64,000 bases of DNA from an uncultured delta proteobacterium (GCA_963737265.1 CAVTRY010000022.1:128001-192000), one strand, 5' to 3'. Shown: positions 1 through 10,261, numbered from the stretch's first letter. A program made the numbers and translations. The notes: generated by a model from the sequence alone, not told the origin.

Positions 1-707
1 ACATCGCTCGGACGCGCGATAAATTGCAGGACGCGCACGAGGGTCACGAGATCCGCGCCACCGGCCTTGGCAATCTCCTGCGCCAGGTTGCTATCGTCCA
101 TCTCCGCCTGGCGCAGGCGCACGTTGGACAATCCGCTTGACGCCACCCGCGCGGCGGCGCTGGCCAGTCGGGCCGCGCTGCGATCCACCGCAATCACGCG
201 ATCATAGAGCGGTGACAGCAGCGGCAAAAGCAATCCATCGCCGCAGCCGACGTCGACGGCGAGATGGTGCCCAGGCAACAGCGTGGACAGAAGAGGCAGG
301 AAAGGCTCGACCGAGACATTCGGGATGGGCGAGGGTTCGGCGGCGCCGTCGGCGAACCGCTGGCGCGCCGTCTCTTCCCGCTTGGCGACGATCTTGGGAA
401 TGCGCGCCAGCCGCCCTTCGGCCAGGCACAAGTCATTTCCAGTGCGCAGCGCCGCTAGCACGATAGGATTGTCCTTGGCCTTTGTCCGCAAAAGAATGCG
501 CGTGCCGTCCCTCCGCTCGCCGAGCAAGCCAGCATCCCGCAAGGGCTGGGTCTTGCGCGTGACCTGCGGCTGACTCTGCTTGAGCAGCGTGGACAGCTCG
601 CCCACGGTCAGCTCCTCCGCGTCGCACATTGCGAGAAGGCGCAAGCGATCTTCATCGCCGAGGAGGCGGAAGAGGTCAGCGTGCGCGCGAGCGGAAGTGG
701 CGGCCAC
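1..707 (-). CDS. ArsR-family HTH regulator fused to a SAM-dependent methyltransferase domain (SahR-like); 3' end outside the window
   Basis: Manual translation from GTG 707 (alternative in-frame ATG 728) gives ADLFRLLGDEDRLRLLAMC..ELTVGELSTLLKQSQPQVTR (ArsR HTH), then LAVDVGCGDG (SAM motif I). Absent from the ORF track because it is truncated. Confidence 0.85.
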   Translation of the reverse strand, partial: MAATSARAHADLFRLLGDEDRLRLLAMCDAEELTVGELSTLLKQSQPQVTRKTQPLRDAGLLGERRDGTRILLRTKAKDNPIVLAALRTGNDLCLAEGRLARIPKIVAKREETARQRFADGAAEPSPIPNVSVEPFLPLLSTLLPGHHLAVDVGCGDGLLLPLLSPLYDRVIAVDRSAARLASAAARVASSGLSNVRLRQAEMDDSNLAQEIAKAGGADLVTLVRVLQFIARPSD

Positions 708-879
708 GGATCTGTCATATGCTATCATGCGCAAGTATGCAAGTATGGCGGCGGGCGATGGATCCCTTGTTCGCTCAGTCGTGACACTTTCGCGCAGCCA
801 ACCATGGCATGTGGGAATCTCCGCTTGTTCGAGGGCCAGTCGTGGTAGTGGTAGGGGACCATCTCGGAGCGAGGGCGCG

Positions 880-1284
880 ATGAGCATCGAGCACGGATCC
901 AAAGTGGCAGGAAGGTCTCTATCTGGGAGATTCCCGGCGATAGTCTTGCCGATCGGTGCCGCCAAGCTAGACTCGCCGCCCTTGAAGGTGTTCCTCAGGA
1001 CGGCTCGGGGCGACGACCGGATGCCGATGCCGAGCCGAGCCACCGGAACGCCGGCCCTGGTCGCGACCCATCGCTATTGTTTCGGCGAGGTGTATCGCCA
1101 CCCCTGTTCCGAGGACAGCGACCTGCTCTCCTGCCACCGCTGCCATTTGTCCGCGGTGATTCCCAGAACGATTGCCACTTACGACAGTCTGGACGCGTAT
1201 TTTCGCGGGGCGCGCCAGCGAGTGGACGACTTCCGCGCGCAAGTCGGGTCGCTCGTGGCAAGCAAGACCGTTCACGAAGCGTGA
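880..1284 (+). CDS. Hypothetical protein, possible zinc ribbon (HxxC...CxxC)
   Basis: ATG 880 with GAGG upstream, in frame with ORF 580..1284; contains HRYC and CHRCH. Confidence 0.5.
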   Translation: MSIEHGSKVAGRSLSGRFPAIVLPIGAAKLDSPPLKVFLRTARGDDRMPMPSRATGTPALVATHRYCFGEVYRHPCSEDSDLLSCHRCHLSAVIPRTIATYDSLDAYFRGARQRVDDFRAQVGSLVASKTVHEA

Positions 1285-1359
1285 CGGTCGGCCGCACAAG
1301 TTTGGGGTGCGTGCCTGTGGTGCCGGAAGGTTGAATCCGCGGCTTCACGGACGGCCCGT

Positions 1360-2283
1360 TCAGCGGCCGAGCTCTTCGTCGATCCAATCCTCTAGACCGG
1401 GAAGGTCGAGCTCGTCGGTGTACCTGCGGCCGTTGATGAAAACGGCGGGCGTTCTGTGGATCTCCAGGCTGCGTGCTTCGGTCTTGTCCCGTTGCACGTG
1501 TCCGCGGACCTCTTCCGACCCGACGTCGCCGTACCAGCGCGAGAAGTCGAGGCCCATCTCCTTGGCCAGGCCCTCCAGCAAGGCTGGCGTAAGGTGCTGC
1601 GAGTTTTCCCAAACCTTGTCGCTGAACTGCCAGAACTTCCCCTGATTTTGCGCCGCTGTCGCGGCAAGTGCGGCATTGAGGGAATTGTTCGAGCTGATGG
1701 GGAAGTGCTTGAAATACAGGGTGATGTCGTTCGAGTATTTGGCCAAAAGTGCCGGCAGCAGGGTCTGCGCCTCTTTGCAATGCGGGCACTCGTAGTCGGC
1801 GAACTCCACCAAGGTCACACGCCCGGACGGGCCGCCCTTGTGGGGTGCCTGCGACACGTCGATGTACGGGACGCGAGGCGCGCGAAAGCGCTGCTCTATC
1901 TTCCCGCCGATTTCGGAGTCCGAGAACCCCGAATCGGCCAGACGCGCGACGTAGCGGACGGCATAGAACGAAGCCCGGCAGGAACCGTCGTGCTGGACCG
2001 AGTAGAGCAGGCTGTGGCCCTTGCCACACGCCGAGGGTTCGCGGTTGACCACTTGGTCGAAGACCTTGCGTTTGAAATCATCCAGCTTGCCAAGGTCGAT
2101 GCCCGCGGAAGAAGAATCGCCCGTCGCCGAAGGTTTGCCGGCCTTGTCTGCGACCGCGGCCGGGGCGGAATTGGGCGATGTCGTCTGGGACTGCGCGGCT
2201 CTTTTCGAGCATGCGCCCGCGACAACGAGCACGCCGACGACCAGCACGTTGCGCAAAAGCCCGCGTGATTCTTGCTTCTTCAT
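1360..2283 (-). CDS. DsbA/thioredoxin-fold lipoprotein
   Basis: Lipobox VAGAC; EFADYECPHC active site; TPAVFINGR cis-Pro motif. Confidence 0.9.
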   Translation of the reverse strand: MKKQESRGLLRNVLVVGVLVVAGACSKRAAQSQTTSPNSAPAAVADKAGKPSATGDSSSAGIDLGKLDDFKRKVFDQVVNREPSACGKGHSLLYSVQHDGSCRASFYAVRYVARLADSGFSDSEIGGKIEQRFRAPRVPYIDVSQAPHKGGPSGRVTLVEFADYECPHCKEAQTLLPALLAKYSNDITLYFKHFPISSNNSLNAALAATAAQNQGKFWQFSDKVWENSQHLTPALLEGLAKEMGLDFSRWYGDVGSEEVRGHVQRDKTEARSLEIHRTPAVFINGRRYTDELDLPGLEDWIDEELGR

Positions 2284-2318
2284 GTTCTTGGTCTTTCCGC
2301 GATGGGGTCGGAACGACT

Positions 2319-3236
2319 TTACACCCGCTCGATTGTCGTCGCGCGCTCGCAGCGCAGGCCGTCAGGCTTGGTGACCGCGCCGTGGATGCGGGCCACGGCG
2401 CCGCGCTCGAGCTCGTCGAGGGCTTGATTGTCGGGCGAACGGTCGCGGTCGAGGCGGGTGAGGAGCAAGCGGCCGGCGGGACCGCAGGCGAAAAAGCGCA
2501 GGCGGCCCTTGTCTTTCATGGCATCGCTCACGATGCGGAAGAGCGCGCGATCCGTGCTGGCGCTGCCGCCCTTGCGCAGAACGAGGTAGCTGAAGTCGAC
2601 GCGCGAACGGCCTTGCGCGATGGCGGCGGCGCTCATGTGGCAGAAGTCGCGCTCGCGCGCCAGCGCGGGGCAAGCGGCCTGCCAAAGACAGGGCGCGACC
2701 ACGAACAGGCCGGCGGCGAGCAAGCGGTCGCGCACGGCGAGCAGATCGCGCGAGGTGGCGCGTAGGGCGGGCTCGACGAGAATGCAGGTGCCGGTGGGAT
2801 CGAGGAGCTCGCGGGACCAGCCCAGCACCAAGCGCGCGCGGCCTTCCACGTCGAGCGTTCCAGCTAGCTCGTTGAGCAAATGGGCGGCGACGATCAGATC
2901 GAAGCGGCCTTCCACGCCGGCGGGTCGCGGCGAACGCGTGACATCCGCGCGCAGCACCCCCGGGCCGGCAACCTTGTCGACGGCGACCATCACGACGCCG
3001 CTCCAGCGGGCGCGAATCGCCTCGCCGACGGCGCCGGTGCCGGCACCGAGATCGAGCACGCGGTGCGGTTCAGGCAATCCGCTCTCGGCGAAGATGCTTG
3101 CCAGCGCCGCGACGGTGCGCGGTGCGATCTCGCGCTCGTAGTCGCGGCGAATCTCGGGCTCGGCCAGGTACGAGGCGCCGACCAGATCGCGCGCACCGAC
3201 AAGTCCGCGATGGATCCGGCTCGGCGGTCTCGGCAA
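2319..3236 (-). CDS. Rsm22/METTL17-family SAM-dependent methyltransferase
   Basis: VLDLGAGTG, LLNEL, LVEPA, VVAPC-x5-CP..DFCH, FSYLVLRK. Confidence 0.8.
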   Translation of the reverse strand: MPRPPSRIHRGLVGARDLVGASYLAEPEIRRDYEREIAPRTVAALASIFAESGLPEPHRVLDLGAGTGAVGEAIRARWSGVVMVAVDKVAGPGVLRADVTRSPRPAGVEGRFDLIVAAHLLNELAGTLDVEGRARLVLGWSRELLDPTGTCILVEPALRATSRDLLAVRDRLLAAGLFVVAPCLWQAACPALARERDFCHMSAAAIAQGRSRVDFSYLVLRKGGSASTDRALFRIVSDAMKDKGRLRFFACGPAGRLLLTRLDRDRSPDNQALDELERGAVARIHGAVTKPDGLRCERATTIERV

Positions 3237-3241
3237 GAGGG

Positions 3242-4279
3242 CTAGCCCATTTTCTTGAAGAAGATGCCCTTGATGTCGTTGAAGGTGACGACCACCAGCA
3301 CAAGCAGCAAGACCATGATGCCGACCATGTGGATCTTGGTCTCGATGGCTGGGCTGACGTCGCGGCGGCGCAGGGCGCTGATGCCCACGAAGAAGATTCT
3401 GCCACCGTCGAGGCCGGGCAGGGGCAGGAGGTTGAACACGCCGAGCGCGACCGAGATGAGAATGAGAATTTCGAGGAACTTGAGCACACCCTGCTTGGCG
3501 GCACCGGCCATTTCGCGGGCAATGCCGAGCGGCCCGGTGAGGCCGCCTTCAATTTTACGCGTGATGAGATCCCAGATGTTCTTGAGCAACACCGCCGAGA
3601 TCGCCACCGGCATGACGACCGCTTCCTTGACGGAGTCGAGGAAGGGACCGGGGGCGCGCGCCTGACCGAAGCGCACGCCGATCATATAGGCGGCGCTGGG
3701 CGAATCCTTGCGCGGCGCAACCGACAAGGTTATGGGCTTCCCCGCGCGCACGACTTGGAGCTCGATGGCCGAGCCACCCGAGGCGCGCACGACCTGGGTG
3801 ACGTCAACCGGCTTGGCCACCGGCTTGCCGCCCACGCCCGCGACGATGTCGCCAGGAAGAAGCCCGACCGCCTGAGCCGCGCTGCCCGGCACGACTTCGT
3901 CGACGGTGGTGGTGCCGGTGTACTGGCCGTAGGCGAGCAGCACGAAGAAGCCGATGAGCACGGCGGTCAGATAGTTGGCAGCGGGGCCGGCGACCAGCAC
4001 CAAGAAGCGCATCCAGCGTGGCCGATTGGGATAGACGTACGGATCGGCGTGGTCGAATTCCTCGTGCGGGTTCATGCCGGTCACTTGCACGAAGCCGCCG
4101 AGCGGGATAGGCGCGATCTGGTAAATCGTGTCGCCGCGCTTGAACGAGACGAGCGGGTTGCCGAAGCCGATGGAGAAGCGCTCGACGCGCATCCCGCACA
4201 GACGCGCGGCCAGGAAGTGACCCGCCTCGTGCAGCACGATGAGGAGCGCAAGGCCGACAATGGCGATCAGAATGGACAT
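3242..4279 (-). CDS. rseP: M50 site-2 protease with PDZ domain (RseP paralogue 1)
   Basis: HEAGH, FSIGFG, AGPAAN, NLLPLPGLDGG. Confidence 0.9.
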   Translation of the reverse strand: MSILIAIVGLALLIVLHEAGHFLAARLCGMRVERFSIGFGNPLVSFKRGDTIYQIAPIPLGGFVQVTGMNPHEEFDHADPYVYPNRPRWMRFLVLVAGPAANYLTAVLIGFFVLLAYGQYTGTTTVDEVVPGSAAQAVGLLPGDIVAGVGGKPVAKPVDVTQVVRASGGSAIELQVVRAGKPITLSVAPRKDSPSAAYMIGVRFGQARAPGPFLDSVKEAVVMPVAISAVLLKNIWDLITRKIEGGLTGPLGIAREMAGAAKQGVLKFLEILILISVALGVFNLLPLPGLDGGRIFFVGISALRRRDVSPAIETKIHMVGIMVLLLVLVVVTFNDIKGIFFKKMG

Positions 4280-5439
4280 CGTGAGGCCAAATGTAGCAGG
4301 CTTCGCCCGCTATCACAGCCGCGGAATTCACAACCGGCGGTACGAGACGCCAGTCCGCGCGCGATGGCACCGGCCAAGGAGTTCGCGTCATCAGGGTTCA
4401 CCAGCGCAAGTCCCGGCGTACCTTCGAGCTCGCGCAAACCGCCGCTGGCGGATGCAACCACCGGTAGCCCGCAGGCCAGGGCTTCACGCACGACAAGCGG
4501 CATGCCTTCGCTGCGGCCACCCGGTAGTGTCCGGCAGGGATGCACGAAGAGATCGGCTGCGGTCATGAGATCGGCGAGCGCCTGCTGCGCGAGAAGTCCG
4601 GGCAGGTGCAGGCGAACCCCGCCGGCCATTGCCTGTCGGGCGAGGCGACCTTTTTCCGGGCCCTCTCCGGCAAGCACGAGGTCCGGCCGCGACGCGGGCG
4701 GGATGCGCGCGAGCGCAGCGAGCAAGACGTCGTATCCCTTGATCGGCACCAGGCGGCCGGCGCCGACCAGCGTCGGTCGCGAGAAGCCATGCGAGCTCCG
4801 CAAACGTTGCCGTTCGTCGTCCGCATGGCGGCGGAAGAGCGCGGTATCGAAGGGGGCTGCTTCGATGCGGCAGCGCGCTCCCAGCGACTCGGGCGACGCG
4901 CCGACAAGCGCAGCGAATTCATGGAGCAGCGACGCGCTGGCAAAGACCAACTCGGGGCGGCTGCGGCACAGGATGCGGCCAACGCTGTCGCCGCAGGGCA
5001 GGCCGGCGAGTAGAAAGACGTCACCGCCGTGAACGTGAGCGCGGTGAGGAAGTCGTGGCAGGGCAGCGCAAGCCAAAAGGCCACAAGGAACGAGCCAGTG
5101 GCTTTCCACCGCTTGCCAGCGCTCTTGCGCTCCGGCCAAAGCCGACCGCATGGCGAAGGTAAAGCCAAAGGCTTCGCCCCAAGCTTCGAGCCTACGCACG
5201 AGGCGCTGGTCTTCGAGCTTTTCCGGGGCGCCGCCCGTGTAGAACAGCTTCTCGGACCGAATGCGCAGCACCTTCTCGCGGTCCGGCCCCTCCCACGCGC
5301 CGGCCGCGTGACCGTCGCCGGCCGCCAGCACTTCCACCGCGTGTCCTTCGCGCAACAGCGTCCGCACGCGCTGGCGTACAAACACCCCCGCCGGATCGCC
5401 GGCGAAGCGCGGGTAGGAAGTGGTGAGGACCCCAATCAC
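4267..5439 (-). CDS. Glycosyltransferase family 4
   Basis: GTG 5439 overlaps the upstream stop (GTGA); LTTSYPRF..D..GVFV, AGRLVPIKG, EGMPLVVREALACG. This is the C-terminal part of track ORF 4267..8055. Confidence 0.85.
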   Translation of the reverse strand: MIGVLTTSYPRFAGDPAGVFVRQRVRTLLREGHAVEVLAAGDGHAAGAWEGPDREKVLRIRSEKLFYTGGAPEKLEDQRLVRRLEAWGEAFGFTFAMRSALAGAQERWQAVESHWLVPCGLLACAALPRLPHRAHVHGGDVFLLAGLPCGDSVGRILCRSRPELVFASASLLHEFAALVGASPESLGARCRIEAAPFDTALFRRHADDERQRLRSSHGFSRPTLVGAGRLVPIKGYDVLLAALARIPPASRPDLVLAGEGPEKGRLARQAMAGGVRLHLPGLLAQQALADLMTAADLFVHPCRTLPGGRSEGMPLVVREALACGLPVVASASGGLRELEGTPGLALVNPDDANSLAGAIARGLASRTAGCEFRGCDSGRSLLHLASRCPF

Positions 5440-6212
5440 GGCGGCGGCGATTCGGGAAACGCCATGGGGTCGCTCCTCAGGATGCGGCGCTGAAGCGAGC
5501 GCAAGCCACGCGCGCCGATTCCACGCAGCACGATCCGCAAGAGCGGGCCGACAACGCGCGGGATGCGAATTCCCGAATGCCACTCGGGCCCGTACACCGG
5601 CCGCACCGGCACGTCGACCACCGCAGCGCCATGAGCGCCCAGGCGCGACAGGATGTCGTTGGGATAGCCGTAGCGGGGAAAGACCGAACCCGACAGGATG
5701 ATGGAAAGCGCGCGGCGATTGGCGGCGGTGTATCCGCACTGCGAATCGAACACCTTGCCGTAGCCTGAGGCCAAGCGAGTCAGGTGCGACAGCACGACGT
5801 TGCCGATCAGGCGCGAGGCGGGCATCACGCGATACACGCCTGGCCAAGCGAAGCGGTTGCCCTTGCTGTAGTCGGCACGTCCCGCGACCACAGGTTCGAC
5901 GAGCGCGGAGAGATCCGCGGGATCCATCTGCGAATCGCCTGCCATCACCGCGGTCACCTCGGCGCCGGCCGCGAAGGCAACGGCGTACCCGGTGGCAATC
6001 GCGGCACCCACGCCACGATTTTGTTGGTGGCGGAGCACCGCCAAGCCACGACGTTGGCTGCGCCGGGCGATGCGGCCCGTGCCGTCCTGGCTGGCGTCGT
6101 CGACGACGATGACGTGATCGACGAAGCCTGGAACGGAACGCAAGGCGCGCGCGATCTTGCCGGCCTCGTTGAAGGCGGGAACCACGACCGCGATACGACG
6201 CCCCCTGTACAT
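5436..6212 (-). CDS. Glycosyltransferase family 2 (DPM1-like)
   Basis: VVVPAFNE, VVDDASQDGT, NRGVGAA, DSQCGY. Confidence 0.9.
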   Translation of the reverse strand: MYRGRRIAVVVPAFNEAGKIARALRSVPGFVDHVIVVDDASQDGTGRIARRSQRRGLAVLRHQQNRGVGAAIATGYAVAFAAGAEVTAVMAGDSQMDPADLSALVEPVVAGRADYSKGNRFAWPGVYRVMPASRLIGNVVLSHLTRLASGYGKVFDSQCGYTAANRRALSIILSGSVFPRYGYPNDILSRLGAHGAAVVDVPVRPVYGPEWHSGIRIPRVVGPLLRIVLRGIGARGLRSLQRRILRSDPMAFPESPPP

Positions 6213-6230
6213 CGACCCGCAGTCCAGCGC

Positions 6231-7983
6231 CTAGAAGGGATCGGCCTTGGGTGCGCCGCTCGGCCCCTCGCCCGCGGAAGTCTCGAAAGGATCTCTGATC
6301 CTTGGATTTGCCGCGGCCCTTGCCGTGAGGCTTGGACGGCTTGGTCCTGTCGATCGAAGGCGCCTTGGCTGGGGCGGCAACCGCAGGCGCGGGCGCGGGC
6401 GCGACCGTCGGCGCGGGCGGCGGAGTTGGCGAGGTGGGTGGTGCAACGGGAATGTCTGGTAGCAAGGTCACGCTACCGGACCAGTCTGGCCTCACCTCTT
6501 TGGTCATCTCCGAATGTCCCGACAGGCGGAAAACCACAAAGGTCGAACGGTCGTCGCGGTATTCCACCTTGTGCCGGAACGGAGTCCGGCCGAGGTACTC
6601 GTTGCTGCCCACGATGTACACGTCGGCTCCCATGGGGCTCGACTGGAACGCGAGATCGACCAGCTGGATCTTGGGGATTGGATTCTGCACCGAGGTCGCG
6701 CCGGGACCGCGCAGGCTCCACAGCGCCCCCGCGGATGCGAAGGCGAACAAAAGAAAGACCGACATGACGACCCAACCCGGAATCGGTCCAAGAAATGGGC
6801 GCGCCAGGAAAGCGCTGAAGCCGGGCGCCGGCGCGACGATGTTGGAGCGGCTGGTCGGAAGGCGATGCGAACCCGTCGTGATCGGTGCGGGCGGAATCGT
6901 CGGCGAGCGCGTGCTGGCTGGACCCGGCCGCGTTGTCTGCGAACCCGTGCGCGAAATGGCGCTGCTGGAGCGCGATGGGCTCACCGAGCCGGTCGGCAGG
7001 TGCGTCAAACGGCGTCCACCGGTGGTGCGCGGATCCCCGGCGAGGTCGGCCGGAAACAGACCGCGCATGGTCTGCGCCAGGTGGGTGGGCTGATAGCGAG
7101 CAGCGTAGACGACGTCGTCGAGCGCGTCCGCCATTTCCGAAGCGGACTGAAACCGCTCGTCGGGATTCTTGGCCAGCGCCTGCAACACGATGGCATCGAG
7201 CTCGGGCGGACACAGCGGGTTGTGCAGGGAGGGCGGCAGCACTTCGCACTTGCGAACGCGCTCGATGGTCTGCATGTCGTTCTCGCCCTTGAATAAGCGG
7301 CGACCGGCGAGAATTTCGTGCAGGACGATACCGGTGGCGAAAATATCGATGCGCCGATCGATCTCATTCGACACTGTCTGTTCCGGTGCCATGTACGCGA
7401 ACTTCCCCTTGAGCGTGCCGCTCTTGGTGCCTTCCTCGGCGGTATCGCCGCCCAGCGCCTTGGCGATGCCGAAGTCGAGAATCTTCACCGCTCCGTCGTA
7501 CGACAGCATGACGTTCGACGGCGAGACGTCGCGGTGGATCATGCCGAGGGGTTGTCCGTCGTCCGAGGTGAAGTCGTGCGCGTAGGCCAGCGCCCGACAC
7601 ATTTCGCGGCCGACATACGCGACCATTTCGGGCCGCGGCGGTCCCACGCGGGCCCACAACGTGCGCATCGTCTCGGCGAGATCGTGGCCGCGCACGTACT
7701 CCATGGACATGAAGTACTCATCGTCCACCGCGCCCAGCTCGAAAACCTGGACGATATTGGGATGATTTAGCTTGGCCGCGATCTTCGCTTCATCGATGAA
7801 CATCTTCGTAAACGAAGGGTCATCCGACAGATGCGGCAAGATGCGCTTGACGACAAAGGTTCGCTCGAAGCCCGCCGGGCCTTGGATCCGCGCCTTGAAC
7901 ACATCGGCCATACCACCCCGCCCGATGCGTTCAAACAGCGTGTACTTGCCGAATGGTATCGGCTGCGGTAGCGCTACCCCCAC
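6231..7983 (-). CDS. Membrane Ser/Thr protein kinase with PEGA-like C-terminus; apparent +1 frameshift near 6300
   Basis: IGRGGMADV, VVKRI, HRDVSPSN, DFG, YMAPE and a TM helix. The natural end ..KSK/IRDPFETS..KADPF* lies in the neighbouring frame (track ORF 6231..6446). Start approximate. Confidence 0.85.
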
Positions 7984-8146
7984 GACTTTACAGTAGATTG
8001 TATCCTGAAATGTCCCAGCTCCGCCCGTTCCTGGGCCACAATCTTCTGGGAACACTCCGATTTCTGTGATCTGCGGGTCAACCTACTCACGAGTCACGCA
8101 CCCGTGCAAGCATTCCCGCAGCCAATCTGAGCACAAAGGGTAGCAC

Positions 8147-8941
8147 TTGGACCTACATCATTCAACTGGCGAGCCTCCGCGTGTCAGCGTTGTGCTGGTG
8201 GGAGGACTCGACCCGGGCACCGGGGCCGGACTCGCTCGCGACCTCCTTACCGCCAGCAGCGCAGGTGCGCACGCCATCGTGATCGGAACCGCTTGGACCC
8301 TGCAAGACTCGACGTCGGTGCGCACCGTCGAGCCGCGCCAGCCAGAGAGCGTGCAAGCCTCACTCGCCGCCGCCCTGGCAAAAATCGGTGCGCAAGGATG
8401 CGCGGTCAAGATAGGAATGGTCGCCACGGCGCCGATTGCGCGAGCCATTCTGGCTGCCCTAGCGAACTTTACCGGGCCGGTGGTTTACGATCCGGTTGTG
8501 CGCGCGTCGAGCGGAGGTCTGCTCTATGACGGCGACCGTGAGGCGATTCTGGCGCTGGCGAACCTGTCAACCTTGGTCACGCCCAATCTTGGCGAGGCAG
8601 CGTGGCTGCTCGGGCGACCGGTGCGCACCGAGTCCGACGCTCGCGCCGCGGCCCGCGATTTGCGCACACTCGGAATGGTGGCGGTTCTGGTAAAGGGCGG
8701 TCACCTCGAAGGCGAAGCTACCGACGTGCTGCTTTCGCCCGCTGGCGAGCGGTTGCTGTCAAGCCCTCGCATCGCCGGACCGAGTCCGCGGGGAACCGGC
8801 TGCGCTCTAGCCACGGCCATCGCCGTCGAGCTGGCGAGGGGCGAGATGCTTGAACAGGCAGTCACTTCGGCCAAGGCTTGGCTCACCCGACATATCAAGA
8901 ACGCGCGTGTGGTCGGCGACGAACGCCATCTGTTTGGCTAG
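8147..8941 (+). CDS. thiD: Hydroxymethylpyrimidine/phosphomethylpyrimidine kinase
   Basis: GGLDPGTGAGL..D, VKIGM, YDPV, TPNLGEA, VLVKGGH, RGTGC. Confidence 0.9.
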   Translation: MDLHHSTGEPPRVSVVLVGGLDPGTGAGLARDLLTASSAGAHAIVIGTAWTLQDSTSVRTVEPRQPESVQASLAAALAKIGAQGCAVKIGMVATAPIARAILAALANFTGPVVYDPVVRASSGGLLYDGDREAILALANLSTLVTPNLGEAAWLLGRPVRTESDARAAARDLRTLGMVAVLVKGGHLEGEATDVLLSPAGERLLSSPRIAGPSPRGTGCALATAIAVELARGEMLEQAVTSAKAWLTRHIKNARVVGDERHLFG

Positions 8942-9046
8942 CTCCGAGATTTATCGAGCTGATCGCAGCCCTCGACCCGAGGATCTGAAGCCTGGAGCCT
9001 GAAGCCTTGGGTCGCGGCGAGACCCGCGTTGTGACTCGGCCGCACT

Positions 9047-10261
9047 TCAGCCAGAGACTTGCTTTCCCGGCCACGTGCACAACTTTTCCGTCAGCGCACA
9101 CAGACTCGCCAGGCGTGTCCCGCCCCGGCCCGGGGCCCACGACGCCGGGGATGGAAGCTCCATGTGTCGCAAGCAATCTTCCACCGTGCCGGTGCGGCGG
9201 CGGAGCACGATGCCAGCGACGGGCCGCGCGTCGACGCGCGCGTTCTCAATCGGCAATCCGTCCGCGGCCAGCGTGGCGAGCGCGAAGAATCCCCAGGCCA
9301 CAAGAACGTCGGTTGGGCGAATAAAGGCGCGAAAACGCGACACGAAGGCATCCCAAGCGTCGCCAGCCGCGAGAGCCTCGGGAGCGAGCCGCGTGTGATA
9401 GCAAGTCGCTGGGGCTAGGCGCTGGCGTGGGGCCATGATGGATTCGAATACCTCGCCGGTGGACACGCGACGGGCAAGCCAGTGCACGGTTTCGGGCGGG
9501 CTGCGATCCGGATGCTGGCGCGGCCACGCGTTGGCTTCGCCGTGCACGCAGACGAGATCGCCCCAGCGTTGGCGCAACAGCACCGGGATTGGATCGCGCG
9601 GCTTGCGCTTGGCAAGCTGGCGCCGCGGCCGGCCGGCCGCGACCTCGGTGGCAAAGTAGCGCTGGCGTTCGACCATGGCGGCGAACGGACGCAAGAGATC
9701 GCCGAAGCGCGCCGGATCGCCTTCCAGGTGCCCGAGGACGTGAGCTATCGCCTCGATGGTCGCCACGCAGTGGTCGGCGGGTTCGCGCCTGACTTCGGCA
9801 TAGAGGCTCGGCTGGAGAGGCGTCAGGCGCAGTCGTGGCAGTGCCGCCAGGGCGGGATTGGCCTTGAGCAGCTTGTGCGCCTGCCACCAGGTGCCGTCGA
9901 GCACGACGAGGGTGATGGGAGCGGGAAAGCTCGCCGTTTCCACATCGACGGCAAGGGAGCCCGGAAAGAGAATGTGCGCGTTTCCCGCCGCCAGCAGGTT
10001 GCGCACGACCGGGTCGCCGCTGAAGTCGACATCGGTGCGCAGGACGGCACCGGGCAAGCACAGGCGTGCGATGCGCGCGGTCCCTATGCCCACGTCGCGT
10101 TCGCGCGGGTGCTGCAAGATTACGACGCGGGTTTTGGTTGCGATGGGCTCGATGCCGGCGCAATAGCAGACGGCAAGCGGACGTCGGCAGCGGTCGCACA
10201 GCGCGCGCGGCTCGATCGGCCTTGGCCGATCTTCGGTCGTCTCGACCGTTTCCCTGCTCAT
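9047..10261 (-). CDS. DTW-domain tRNA aminocarboxypropyltransferase-like protein with an extra C-terminal domain
   Basis: CxxCxxPxxxCxC N-terminus, ILQHPRE, LVVLDGTW, TIEA. Confidence 0.85.
   Translation of the reverse strand: MSRETVETTEDRPRPIEPRALCDRCRRPLAVCYCAGIEPIATKTRVVILQHPRERDVGIGTARIARLCLPGAVLRTDVDFSGDPVVRNLLAAGNAHILFPGSLAVDVETASFPAPITLVVLDGTWWQAHKLLKANPALAALPRLRLTPLQPSLYAEVRREPADHCVATIEAIAHVLGHLEGDPARFGDLLRPFAAMVERQRYFATEVAAGRPRRQLAKRKPRDPIPVLLRQRWGDLVCVHGEANAWPRQHPDRSPPETVHWLARRVSTGEVFESIMAPRQRLAPATCYHTRLAPEALAAGDAWDAFVSRFRAFIRPTDVLVAWGFFALATLAADGLPIENARVDARPVAGIVLRRRTGTVEDCLRHMELPSPASWAPGRGGTRLASLCALTEKLCTWPGKQVSG

Noticed and set aside
1132-1146. CxxCH as a c-type heme site
   Set aside because: No signal peptide or TM segment for export; metal binding is more plausible.
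4267-8055. 1262-aa kinase-GT4 fusion protein
   Set aside because: The middle section is out-of-frame read-through over a clear GT2 gene; GT4 has its own coupled GTG start; one indel explains it.
8985-9007. Heptamer repeat CTG(A/G)AGC x3 between convergent genes
   Set aside because: Too short, with no partner arm or second copy seen; not a CRISPR or a definable element.
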